From positions 22,704 to 61,071 of the forward strand of contig NW_014040097.1 of the NCBI RefSeq assembly GCF_001186125.1: DNA of 38,368 nt. The letters are read 5' to 3'. This DNA is from Sphaeroforma arctica JP610 (taxonomy: Eukaryota). Positions 14,001 through 26,740 of the stretch are shown in pieces. The position numbers were made by a program, and so were the translations under genes. The notes beneath the pieces are model-generated. The model was not told where the DNA came from. It worked only from the letters and a program-made list of their open reading frames with translations, and did no database searches. How positions within the stretch are numbered: position 1 is the stretch's first letter; the number at the start of each line of letters is the position of its first letter.

Positions 14001-15582
14001 TGTTTCATACAATACAGCCGCACAATAGCAGCTCTCAAGCTGAAAATTCAACAAACGTTTCAACCGCTTTCAATGTTTCAGGTGGCTCCGGATGCGCAAG
14101 TAACTATTGACAAGTATCTGGCCGCGAGGAGCGAGTATTCAGCGGTTGTCCAATCCATACACAGCATGGAGGTGGGTCTTATCGGTATCGTATATGTGCC
14201 AGCACTCTGTATGTACCTATTTCTATTGCACGTTCGGTGACAAATCAACGTGCCTGTATTACAGTGTGATGAACCACACCTCTATGGCCAGTGTATTCAC
14301 TTGTCTGCCTGTGAATCGTATCTCCAGGACGAAGAGCTTCTCAGTAAAGAGCGAGGGGTCAGTCTATCCCGTTGTCAACAAGGAAACTTTAAATGCAGGT
14401 GGGTCGTTTTGTGGCTCATGATCAACGCTAACCCCACCTTAGTGTCAGTTAAGCCTTTGATCAAGTGCGAATCCCCGTTCTATTAACTTCGATATTCAAA
14501 TTACTGCTGATGTCAACGTAACCGACAGGCTCATTTCAAATCATGCTTTGTGTTTTGAAGGCCGCAAATTATGATTCAGCAACTTTTCAAGCGGTGTTTT
14601 TTATTTAATTCAAAGCATGCGCGGTAAATGTTTTTCTATAGTGTTACCTGCTGCATACCTCGTGCTTTGCTGACATTAACGGTATTAGATACTGAAGACT
14701 GCTGCTCAGCCCTTGCTTACATCAACATGCAAGCAGGCGCTACCTTAGGCTGAAGGAAAAGCTATCGGACCAACTATCGATATTACAGACTGATGTGGTG
14801 GAAAAGTTACAGGTGGGTTTTCTATTTAGGCACCGAAATGCGTTTGCAAATTATTACACAGACACACCTAAAGCTGAAATCACAATGACATAGCTACAAA
14901 ATTGATTCAGTGTGCTACTCATGTGTTCATATCTGCAAGGAGAATCGCGAAGTGTACACACTCTTAAATATCATTTACGATTATAGGAAACTATATGAGC
15001 GTCTACTTATTGATGTATGTTGACATGAGCATAATCGTGTGCAAATCTATGATACACATGGGTGCACATCCTGTAAAGGTTACTTCTGTCAGCTCATGAA
15101 GTAGTACATAGTAGTTACAATTCAGGATATATGACATGCTGTCTGATTCGCATTCGTGAAAAAATTACTTATGTATCAATATATTCGAAAGTTGACATAC
15201 CATTTGCACGCCTATGAATTTATCGATATATGTATTTAAAAAAGAAGTTATGTAAAATAAGACATTGTTTGGTTCCATATTCAATCCGTATAGCTAATAA
15301 ATCTGAGGTGCGCATCATCAAAGCTGATCAAATACAATGCGGTGACATGAGCACATCTTGGATTTTAGGCTTTAGTCTGCATGTGTGCTATTGCTTATCA
15401 CACACAGCTGTACTTGGCTCAATTCAATCTACCTTTCACCTATTTCCGCGCAGCTATTGGATAAGAAGCATAGCGAAATCATCACAGATCGCTTCTCGGA
15501 GCTCATCTACACTCTTCACAACACGTATGAAGGCATTGGGAACACCATTGCCACGCTGCAAGAGAAGTCAAACAGAAGCTGA
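11012..15582 (+). CDS. PICK1: PICK1-like PDZ + BAR (arfaptin-homology) protein; exons about 11012/11024-11161, 11436-11594, 11950-12045, 12409-12517, 12801-12916, 13158-13244, 14082-14171, 14328-14398, 14737-14812, 15454-15582
   Basis: PDZ: RIGLGLGGGAPLCPVVYVYRLLPDTPAAQQ|NILHCGDEIVSVNG (cf. PICK1 IGISIGGGAQYCPCLYIVQVFDNTPAALDG..GDEITGVNG). BAR: TFTSK|VAPDAQVTIDKYLAARSEY, MEDEELL..LSRCQQGNFKCR, TDVVEKLQ|LLDKKH (cf. AIPDTRLTIKKYLDVKFEY, MDDEEY..LYRVSTGNYEYR, KDVLEKMELLDQKH). All junctions are phase-compatible; the 5' start is uncertain. Confidence 0.88.
11858..11915. repeat. Imperfect 29-bp tandem duplication in a PICK1 intron
   Basis: TTAGTATTCTCGTACTTATCACTACGAAT followed by TTAGCATACTCGTACTTATTGCTACGAAT. 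Confidence 0.75.
13342..13779. other. Assembly gap (438 N) inside a PICK1 intron, flanked by TA/TATG microsatellite
   Basis: Run of N. Flanking exons join in phase 0 with continuous homology (TSK|VAPD), so no coding exon appears to be hidden. Confidence 0.95.
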
Positions 15583-17031
15583 AATTAGTACCTGGATACA
15601 TTGCGCGGAGGATTGTGCACAGGGTCTACATAGCCTCCTTTTAGGAGCCGTTGTATCAGCAATTATCGCTATGCATGTGGCATGGGTTTGTGAGAATCAG
15701 AAGTCTCATCCCGGTCACCCGAAAACGTTTTAGCATTGTCACCCCACGACTTCGAACCTGGTGCGATACTGGTTACCGATTCTCAGTCTCTCTGTGACAC
15801 GGCGAGCAGCACAATGTAGTACTCAACATTCAGAGTGCCGTTTTGGGGAGAATCACTCTCAAGGTGCTAGTTATGTGAGAGACCTACTGAAGCCTGATTA
15901 CGTCGTATAACAAAGGTAATCAAGAAACGTTAGTATGGGGTAGTGCTTCTACGATGCAAGAAGTAGCACCGTTCTCTGGCGCCCGCTGAACTCGAACAAG
16001 CACTTCTTTGGACAGAATATATACCTGCTTTTCTCGCATGTCGGCTCATCCGGGATACAGTTGTGAGGAGTTGTGGGAAAGAACATCGACGGTAGATTAA
16101 CAAATGAGACGTATGGTCGAACGTCTAAAGGCCAATTGTTTGCTGTGGATGGACAGATGTGGGTGGGTTAGCAGTTATTGAGAAATACTGTCCTATTGCC
16201 CACGTTGTGATGCTGAGATGGTCCCAGAGTACCGCTACTCACCTCAGAAATTGCATCTCGGCCTCTGAATATCCTTCTAAGCTGAAGCACGCGCGAACTA
16301 CACGACCCAGCTTTAGGATTAAAATTACGATACGTGGCACGCGCATTTGATCCGTATGTCTATCTGGATGTTGACACATATCCGTAACACCAACTGTTAG
16401 TCTACTGCAGTACGCGGTCTGGATTGAAACTCCCACATCCGTAATATATAAACATAGTGTCTATGACCAATAAAGTGTGAATCTTAGCCGATGATCTGCA
16501 CTGACCATTGCGATCCCGTTCCCACAATATTGTTTCCATTGTGGATTAACGTTCTTATCTGAGCTGATTTGAGCGCAGGTGAGCGTTGGCTCTACAACGA
16601 AATACTGGAGTGGTTGGTGATAGTTTTTTCTTTGTGCATATTCTCGTACAAAGCTGTATGGTGTAAAAGGCTTTGACTCTCTCAGCGTATAAGTTCGTAC
16701 CATTGTTTTGCCCTAAGAATGGCTAATGCTGGACTAATACGGAACAGTGTGCTTACGTTGTGGCAGGTGGGGGTCAAGTTCACATGTAGTCGTATAAGCC
16801 GCACGCTGCTATCGGTAGCGATCGGAATATATGATGTAATAAGAGCACATATACTACAATCAAACTGTAGTTATATTGCAATTCATGCAAATGCATATTG
16901 AGGTGTGGCTTAGCTCCTTTCACACAACCCATAGTAGAAATACAACAACAGTGGGCAAGACATATCTCGATCCGTAAAAGAATAGGAAGTACAGATGCGA
17001 TTAAGATTATACTTTATTGAATTAGTGCAGA

Positions 17032-20000
17032 CTACTTAGCAGGGATCTCGTTATCAGTATTGGCTATCTCGTGCGTGATTAAATTTCCAGGAGTAGAGGC
17101 ATCGTCACGAGTTTTAGCATCCACTTCAGATCCGGAGCCCTTGGGGAGAGAAACATCCATCCTTGTATCAACTGGACGAGTGCTGTCTTCTCCTTGAACT
17201 CCTCCATGATCAGTACTAGGCACATCCTCTGAAGCGGCTCCTTCTTGAATATCTCCTCGAGATGAAACACCTTTATGAGCAGTACTATTCTCGTCACTGT
17301 TCGTATATTCGTGTACAGGTGAAGTGACGTCATTCTGTGGACTGTCTTCCTGGATAGAACCACCTTCTCGAGCAGATGAATCAATCTCCATATTCTCTTC
17401 CATAGCATCGGTATCGTTTATAGTACTATCCATGAAGTCGATGTCGTCTGGTATCGCAAATCTGGGCTTCGCTATAGTGACCATCTGGCAAAGTGACAGC
17501 CCCAGTTTACCCAGATGTGGCGTCCATCTATATTGAGTAAACATGCATAGTGTTCAGAAACGTGTCAATAAATCAGGTACAGAATTGGGTTCGTACGACA
17601 GGAAGGCACGACCACATTAAATCCTCCGAACGCTGAGGACGATAAAAATAATGAATGAGAAGTATAGAAACAGAATAATAGACAAATTGGGTATGCTATG
17701 CTGATAAATACTACCTGCGTGATTGCCTCTCCTTATTGTTTTGATCCAGCAGATCAACAAGTCCCATAGACCGCAGGGCGCACTCGTATTCAGAAGTCAG
17801 AACCGCACGATCTAGGCGGTAACAATCAGCACCCACAATATTCAGGCACTCGAGGACTTCGTTGCGATGATCCTTCAAGCTGCAGATTGTAAAAACATTT
17901 ATACATATACTGTTAAGGCTTGCATATATAGGAACATAAAGAGTACACACGGTAGAGTATGTTGACATAAATAATGACGAAAACAAAGGTGCGTGTATTG
18001 AGGCACGAATAGTGTATCCAGACAATTCAAGTTCGAGTATAGCTTTGACAGCATGAACTTTAAACTGTGTGCTAACTTTTCTAGGCATAGTGATCTATAC
18101 ATGTTATAGAAGTTGATATAGTGAACAACGAATATGTAAGAACATGTACATCAGATCACTTGCTTATGAAATTCTACCTACTGTCATACGCAAACGCTCA
18201 CGGAACAATCACGCTACATGTGTACATTGAAGGAACAACCGGATGTTTCATGCTGCCAATCGAGTACTCTTTATCATACCATGTTAATAGCTCCTCGAAC
18301 AATCGAGCATCGCTAATGAGAGTTTCATGCATTAAAATTGTCACTTGATGTTTGAACGACATGAATAATTTGGAAAGAGTTGCGGACTTTAAGGTCGGGA
18401 CAGCTGATGGATACCATTGACTCCACGATTAACATATAATTAATCGAAATATATTGGCTCAGCACAATCAATCCAGCCGACTCGCATAAGCACAAAATAC
18501 GACAAGGCGGTGCGATTGGACAATGCACCTGTCGCGTGCTCCAGTATATACTAACTGGATCCGCACAGAACTAAGATAACGAACCGCACACACGTGTACC
18601 TGTCGACTGTTTTGGAGACCAAAAAATCCTCCGTTTTTTCTGAATTTCCAAGGGTCTTTGAGTGTGTGACACGACTGTACGTCCATTTTGCGCACTGGAT
18701 GAGGGCAGAATCTATCATCATTTCACTGTCCACATGTTCGCGGAGCTCCTCAACGCGCTCTGGCTCCACCCACAAATTGACGGCTGCAGGATTTTAGAAC
18801 CGGAAAAGAGAACCGTTAAACGCTCAATCATTTAAAATGATACAATCATCCTATATTCGCTTTCAGTCATAATCTGATCCGCATCTAGCTAATTACAATT
18901 CCATGATATGTCAAACCAACGACCGAATCTGTGACAGTATTTGATTTAGTCCAACCCTGAAAACCCAGTAGATGTAGAGAAAGACAATCCAACAAAAACA
19001 GAGGTTTGATTCCCACACCAGAGCCTGCGGTAGGATCTATGGCACTACTGCCAGAATTGCTGCCTTCACTTGTTCCGCTCGCACAGTTATCGATATCGTA
19101 ATCGAGAATGGTGTGCATCCAGGGGTGCCTAAGTCCCTCTGGTGTGACCAAAGTGTCGCACTCGGACACACAATCCATCATTGCGCACAGGTCGTCGAGT
19201 GTTGTATCGCGTTGTATGCCTGTCTCTGTGGATTTGAAGGTGACCATATGTTTTAACGTAAATGAACGTTCCACCAACCGCAAACTCACACAAAGGAGGC
19301 GAGCTATCTCATATAACCCACTCGCCTACCTCCATTACTTACCTGCTTACCTTCGTCCCCGACATGGTTATGTCCGAACAATTGAACGCAAAGTATCAAA
19401 TTGAAGTCTGGCATATAATACTAGATTAATTCAAACTATTTTCGAACATCTCAACCGAAGCTTTGCCTCACCTTTACACTGAACAGCTGGATTGGAAGAT
19501 ACGGATTCTGCCGCTGTGTCCAACACAGTATACAAACTTTTCCAAAAAGGTCTCGGGCTATTGTGTTCAGAATGAAAATCGCGGCACATAGTGCGCCAGA
19601 TGTCGTCATCGGGAGCGAAAAGATCCTGCAGTATATATTGCATAAATACTTAGTGAGTAGATAAATATTGAGTTCAGACTGCTTCGTTCACCGCACTATG
19701 CCAACACCAAACTTTTTTGACAAATACATCAGCAAGAAAATTGCGAAGTGAACTTTCGTTCCTGATTCAAATTATCAATCCGCGAGCAGAACGACGTGGA
19801 AGTTTGCACCAGCCGTCCCATACCTGTGATTGGCGACATTTGAGCGATGTCAATCGCTCGGCGAATCCATCCTTGCCGTATTCGAATTGCTGCGCGGAAT
19901 CTTGCACAAGTGTTTCATTCTGGGCCGCATCTTCCTCCGCAGTGGAGTCCGCGGCCATTGCATTATCTACTGAGCTGCGACAATTATCATCGGTTGGTGC

Positions 20001-23000
20001 CTTTACTCCAAATGTGAATGTTATCTTTTTCAAATTCTTGACTGACCTTGACTTCGACTTTGACTTCAACTTTGCCTTCGAAAATATATACACCTTCCCG
20101 CCTTTGTTTTGATCTTTGTCTTTTCTACCACCCTCTCCGCTATCCACCACCACTTCAGGCGAAGACTCGCAGAGATCTACCTCAACTTTAGCGTTCATTT
20201 TACCTATATATGGTACTTGTTCTGGGACATTGTGAGGTGAATCTGTTTCCGTAGTATGTTTCTGTGTACCGGGCAATACATTGTGTCGAGTGGGCTGGAA
20301 CCAGAACTGTAGTGTGTTGATCGCTCGGCGGATGTCTCTGTTGGACGTTCTGACGAGATTCTGCACTTGTCGCGGACTCGCACTGACTCCAAAAGAAGCA
20401 CATATAGCCTGGCAATACAACCCCAAATCTTTCACAGTGGGACTGTTGTAGTGGCAAGGTAAGTACCGCATTTGGAATGGAAGCAAATCCCGAACTGTTC
20501 CTATATGAGAAAAAGGGAAGGGGGGGCTATAAAGTGAGTTTGAGATATTCCTTCTGGCAGACGGAAGGCAGCGAAGGGCTTTACCAGTTAATCATAAGAA
20601 ATACTACACATACTATATTCACAAAGCTTGCCTGTATGATGGTTCGGTGTCAGTGTCATAACAATGGGTCTCCTGGAAGACTTGGCGAGTGCCAGTACGG
20701 TGTCCCAAAAGCCTTTGTCCTCGTTGTCAAAGACCACGTCAACATCCTTGATCAGTATTATCGCATGTTTAAGCTTTCGTTTGGTATCCTCTGACGAGTG
20801 TAGACCACGTGTTAGGAGTGACAACATTCAAGAGAAATTAGGATTTTGTTGTGTGGTACAACTACAACTATAGAAGTCCAGAATTAGCGTAAACGTAAAC
20901 GCCAGGAGCACAGCATACAGCTTCTCAGAGTATCATGACAACGGTAAACCATCAGCTACACGATGTTATAATTTGCATACAGTCCCACCGAACATTAGCA
21001 ACCGAGGTGAGCTGCCCGTTTGCTCACATACTTTGTACTATGGAGGAGATATCACCAAGTATACTCCCATCCGCCACACTTCCTGTTTGCTGGTATAGCA
21101 CTCGCGACTGTGTTGCCTCCTTACACACATCCATCACGGTCTTGCCAGTGCGCCTCATGGATGCATTGATCTCTATCACTTGCATGCCCAGCTCTTGCGC
21201 ACAGGCGTATACAGATGCTAAATAATCGGCAACGTAGAATAATCGAATGATAAGCGTTCCTACTGTGGAAGGAGTGTGTGTGTGTGCATTTTGCGATGGG
21301 CAGCAAGTCCTTTGAGTAGCCTTGGAATGCGCTCTGTTTGGGTATTTAGAGACGCGGCTACTGCCTGCTGTGGACAAGCTATTTTATTTGATTGTGCAAC
21401 ACTGTCAAACAAACAGTAATCGATAGCAGCCTGTCAGTGCATCCGGTATCAAAGAAAAGCGAAAATTAATGTGCTTCCATCTATAATCGGTATTGCTTGC
21501 CGCTGGGTACAACCATACTATCAATTATAAACACTTAGAATATCAAAGCAACAAAACATTGTGCGAACAATCCCACCTGTTTTGCCCGATCCAGAGGGCC
21601 CCGAAAGTACAGTAACGGTATGCAGTGTCACCTCTCCCAGCCTGTCTGACGTAAGACTTGGCTTGTTCCATTCATTGAAACTGTCGTCACTCCATGCGCC
21701 CGGATCTTCACCGTCGTTGATGAAGCTTTCCTTGCGATTTCGCTTGCTTCATATTCAAAAAAGAATACGGGTAGGCTAAGCTTCATACATATGCAAGATG
21801 AGTTTTTCTCATTTGAACGTGACCATTTATGACCTTGTAACAAAGCAGAACATCGTATGTCTGACCCCAATAGTTTGTACTAGAGTCGGAGGCAAGCATC
21901 CAATCGATATAAACCGAAAATTGCGCATACATGCTAACCGTGTGTACATAATTGAAGAGAATGTATATGAATCAATACCACTTGGGTACACGCTGACAAC
22001 TGTGCGATTACCAGATCCAAACGATCTTTCCCATTACGCAACTTATATTTTGACAATCAGACGTGCTGATTCAATTCTACCGTGAAGTGCACCTGGGCAA
22101 GGTACATAGCTTTCGCTGCGAACATCGATACCTTTTGATTTCATCTGCATTGTAGTAGAACATGTCAGGAGCAAATTCCAATTCTGGTCCGAAGACAAAA
22201 TCCTCCTCTAGTATGTCCTCCGGTTCAGGAGTATCTTCTATGAGATTCCGCCTCGCTTTTTTACGTTTTGGTTTTTTTGGCGATTTCGGGATGGGTTTAC
22301 CCATCTGAGGATCATTCCATTCCTTAAAAAAACGACAATGGATATAGAACGTTGATACTTCGAACCAAAACTCAATTGTGAAATATATATGAATTCGTCA
22401 GTCTACCCGACTGCCCCTGTTTGGGTTGCTCAATGTACGTTTGATTCCTACACCCATGATAATGTAAACTCTCGATGAGCAAAAGCAAGCGATTCAACTA
22501 CTGTGTGTATTGTTGTACGCATACCTTCAGCCATGCTCGGAGGTATTGAGCATTGCGATTGTTTGAGGTGCCCACTATGCAACCAACACGTGTGGGGCGG
22601 AAGATATGAGCCCATATATTATGTTGATTAACATCTTTGCTGGTATCCGTCTGGGAATCTGACACCTGCGCGGATCGAACTGATGTATAAGTGACTTGCG
22701 AACGCAAACAGAATCAGTATCCCAATTCTGCTGCGGATCAGCTGCATGCATTGAGAATCATGGAACTGGAGCACATCCTACGGGAGCACTGGTGGAGGAT
22801 CGCTGTGAATACCTGGTGAATCTCAAGCTTCCTACGTTAGAGAATCGCAACTTCAAACATACCTCTATGTGTGCATTCATCTTCTTTACAGTCCTAAATA
22901 GGTGCTTGACCCTCTGTATGGGGCAGTCATACGCCTGTGCGACAGCAGCCACTGCTTGATCGTAGTTTATTTTCCTTCTTGGTTGTGGATGATCCACGTG

Positions 23001-25327
23001 GTGTTGATTTGTGTCTTTACATCGTTCAGCCTTTAAAAACCGACCGGTGGTGATTCTGTATGTAGTTCAAGTCGTTCGTGTGCGGTGATGAAACATAGGC
23101 ATTTAGCCATAAAAAACAAACCAATTTACCATTCTGTAACATGGCAGCACGCATGGAAATCTCCACACGATATTGGGAACTGGAATACCCAACATAAATC
23201 ACCCACTGGGCCGATGAGTAACTCGGTAACTACAGTATTCGCTAGCTTGGCAGACCCTATAAAAGTACACAGCGCCACACATCACTTTTCTTACATACTG
23301 GTTATACTGACACGGTATGACTGTTACAGTACGGTCGCGTCGTGGCCACCGGTCCATCCCCTCCGGAAGAGCCAGAGAGCAGTAAGAGTGCAACTGCGGC
23401 ACTTGCATTGCTGATGTTCTACAAAATGCTGTGCTTTCGTCTGGGTTTGGTTCTTTAGATGCCGCACACTCTGAACACTGTCGAATGTGGGAGTTCGTTG
23501 GGAATTGCGCTGGTCGCAAAACGGGTGTGTCGTTGGAGACGATGATGTCACCTTTTTCGTATTTTAATTTCTCTGCGCATATGCAATAGTGCAACCAGGT
23601 CATGAGAACATACGGACCAAGAGTGTCGAATACTATCTACACTTTCGCAACGATGGAAAGCCCAAACATACGGACCAAGAGTGTCGAATACTATCTACAC
23701 TTTCGCAACGATGGAAAGCCCAAGAATATATTTTAAGTGCTGATGGCACCTATAGGTCATATGAAAGTACCACACGTGAAAGTTATAAAACTCATATTGT
23801 TGTATGACGAGATCAAAAAAACATACCGACTATCACACTGTTCTGTTGCAACGCTTTCCTGCCGAGCGCCATGTTTATATCTACTACACCTTCCGCTTGT
23901 GATGCATGCATAGTTTGTCTAAAACGTTCGTCAGTCCGCCGCCTCTCCTCCAACTCCTTTTGTAGTTGCCTTTGGCTCTGCAATTGAATGAGTTGCGCGA
24001 ATTGTCAGTACCCGCCACGACTGTGAGGGATAGATGCCGTGAGGATGTAGAATATGGGTGTGCATGGTACATTCTATGTGGAAATGAACGCCCTGGGAGT
24101 GTCAGCTCATTTTGTTAATTTTTAAGTTTGAAAACAAGAGGGTACGGATAGTGGTTCCGAACATACAATAACTCTGTATTTTCAACGTTCGTATGTGCTA
24201 CCTACAACCGGACTGTTTCCAAGTAAGCACTGCTATCCCTACTCGTTACATATCAACGATAGAGCCCGTGCTACTACTGTGTACTGGTCTCACTTTTTAG
24301 TTGTTGTAAGCAATACGTACCGCTTTCATTGCGCGTTGTTGCTTTTGTTTCTTGGTTAGAAACATGGCCGGAATTGCATCGACATCTGCGTGGAAAAATG
24401 GTAGGAAACAACCAATGGGGTGAACCGATATCCTTTTAAATATCCTCCGTTAAGTATCATTGCTAAATGAGCAAAGTTCCGCCTATACGAACTTCCGTCG
24501 CGCACATCATTAGATGGAAAATGGCAGATTGACCGAAGAGCAGTATGCACAATTGATAGGGAAACCAAAGGTTGCATAATCAGAATTTGTAACTTCGGCA
24601 ATAGCTGCGAGCGTAGGCCAATTTTCAAGCTGATACTCTCCATTTCACAGACGTAAAGCCAACGAGGAAGTACTATAAGAGATCGTAGCTTGCCATATAA
24701 AAAGTATATTAGCTGCCTACCAATGGGTGCATTCTCCGCTGCTTTTTGTGCATTTGGTTTCTGTGTATCATGATTCTCTTTCCCTCCAACGTCTGCAACA
24801 AAGATAACATCGTCATCACTGTCAATGTTGATCGCACCGTCGAGTGCTGGAGTCTTCGAACAATTTACAATCGCACCTAAATTTGAAGAGAACAGCATAG
24901 TGTCGATATTCAGTACTGTGCACTGACATGAGCAAGCAGATGTAAATATTCGCGTCTGCAGATATATATATCATACTGCATTCATCACTACTATTGAAGT
25001 GGTGCAATAGCCTTTCATGATAAAAAAATGTACAAGCCAGCATGCATGTGAGTATACAAGAACCTATATGCGTGTAGCGCATGTGTACGTCACTTAGGAT
25101 GTGCATATGAACTACATATAAATATAATCGTCAGTAATCTAATATGCAGTTGATATATGCCGAACATAACTAAATACTTATGAAATCACATCTATGCAAA
25201 GATGTAACTGTTATGTGTGTTATGTGTGTCTGTAGGTGCACGCATATAAACATATATACTTTATATATAATTATTATAAATATGTATATACACGAACTAT
25301 AGGAATATTTACCTACATATAAAGGTA

Positions 25328-25402
<75 letters not shown>

Positions 25403-26072
25403 CGTGTCTATATACATGCTCATATATACGAGCATGTTGACTTACATATTTTATATACAGATACTTAGATATATATATGTACCCCAATATGCATGCGTTG
25501 CCGCTTGTTCCAGAGCATACAAGCATAATCGACTATATATACTCAGATTGTCTCGACGCATATATTCATCGCACCATGAAAAATCGAAAGTAGTCACAGG
25601 ATCTATACCATGAACCATGGTATACTATTGATTTCGGAAATGACAGGTCGTACGAACACTACGCACCTGTTCTGATTCTTGTTCTGATAGGTGAATGAGC
25701 ATCTTGCGTCGGCTTCTTTGCATTTCTCGTGTCCTCTGCAGTCACCTCTTCCACCGTCTCTGTTACTACGATAGTTGGCGGGGCCCACAGAGATAAGAGT
25801 GTCCGCGAGTTAGTTTCGGTAGTCAAATTCTTCTTCCTCTTGGTTGAAAATTTTGTCTCTTTCCCTGCGTTCTTCGATTTCCCGGCGACTTTTTTCTTAG
25901 ACACAGTTCTTTCTGATTTATTCATATCCTCTCCTGTAGAATCGACCTTCTCGTCTTTCCGGCATTTCGCTTTACCTTTGACCATGTTGCGGGTCGATGC
26001 CCTTTTCCGTTTTCCAGATGGAAGATTCTCGGCCAATTCGACTGATGGTTTGATCACGGACGCAGCGCTCAT
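17032..26072 (-). CDS. ATAD5: ATAD5/Elg1-like PCNA unloader (RFC-like AAA+ ATPase), multi-exon
   Basis: NIWAHIFRP..IVG..AQYLRAWLK (about 22520-22625); Walker A VLSGPSGSGKT| (about 21578-21610) spliced to ASVYACAQELGMQVIEINASMRRTGK..KEATQS (about 21100-21217); Walker B IILIKDVDVVFD..GFW..RRPIVMT (about 20650-20765); NRDIRRAINTLQFW; C-terminal RQSRR|WTPHL; last exon 17527-17032. The long K-rich disordered N-terminus from ATG 26072 and several internal exon borders are approximate. Confidence 0.88.
23607..23722. repeat. Exact 58-bp tandem duplication in an ATAD5 intron
   Basis: AACATACGGACCAAGAGTGTCGAATACTATCTACACTTTCGCAACGATGGAAAGCCCA occurs twice (period 58). Confidence 0.9.
25328..25398. repeat. 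(TA)n(TG)n microsatellite in an ATAD5 intron
   Basis: Directly visible. Confidence 0.95.
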
Positions 26073-26553
26073 GATGCGTATTGCATACTCACCAGGTACA
26101 CCAATGTCGTCAAACCTTGCACAAATACCGTTCGTTCAAATACGGATGGGTCTAAAGTGGATGTAAACGCTTGACAGCGAGTTTGAACTCTGCCTAATAA
26201 CCCTTTAGAGAGGTATGGAAGGGGAATTTCGCTTGGCTCAGGAAGAGATGGTGTTGCTAGTAGCAGCGGTTGTCTTTCTTTATGTTCGTTCAGACCTTAT
26301 AACGTAGTCTCCTTCAGAGAAGTTCAGACAAAGTCACTTATCGATCTTGAATATATAAAAATTGTGTTTTTTGAAATTGGTCTCTTTTATTTATGTGTAC
26401 ATACAAATAAACCCCGCCCAATTTGTAACCAATCAGCTCTACCGATTCTCTATGAATCCGCGCTAAAATCTGTACATACATATTTATGTGATATGTATGT
26501 GTATAAAACAATAAATAATTACAACTTTCAAGTTTCAATTTTTAAGCGATTCT

Positions 26554-26740
26554 TCAGGCCTCAGGCCTCAGCTCTGTGTCTGAGCCCTCAGGCCCCAGCC
26601 CCCACGACCTCACCCCTCAACCCCTCAAGGCTCAAGCTAAGTCCTCATTTCTCGGCCTCTGTCCTCATGCATCAGCACTCAGGACTCAGGCCCTCCAGCC
26701 TCTGACCTTGGGAAAGTTGGCCAGTCAGGAGGCTCAAACG
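26554..26740. repeat. C-rich low-complexity tract of degenerate CCTCAG(G) units
   Basis: Many CTCAG/CCTCA/CTCAAG variants with strong C-over-G skew, unlike the AT-rich flanks. Confidence 0.6.

Noticed and set aside
20735..20765. Non-canonical Walker B (LIKDVD) in ATAD5
   Set aside because: Elg1/ATAD5 proteins commonly have a degenerate Walker B, so this is not unusual.
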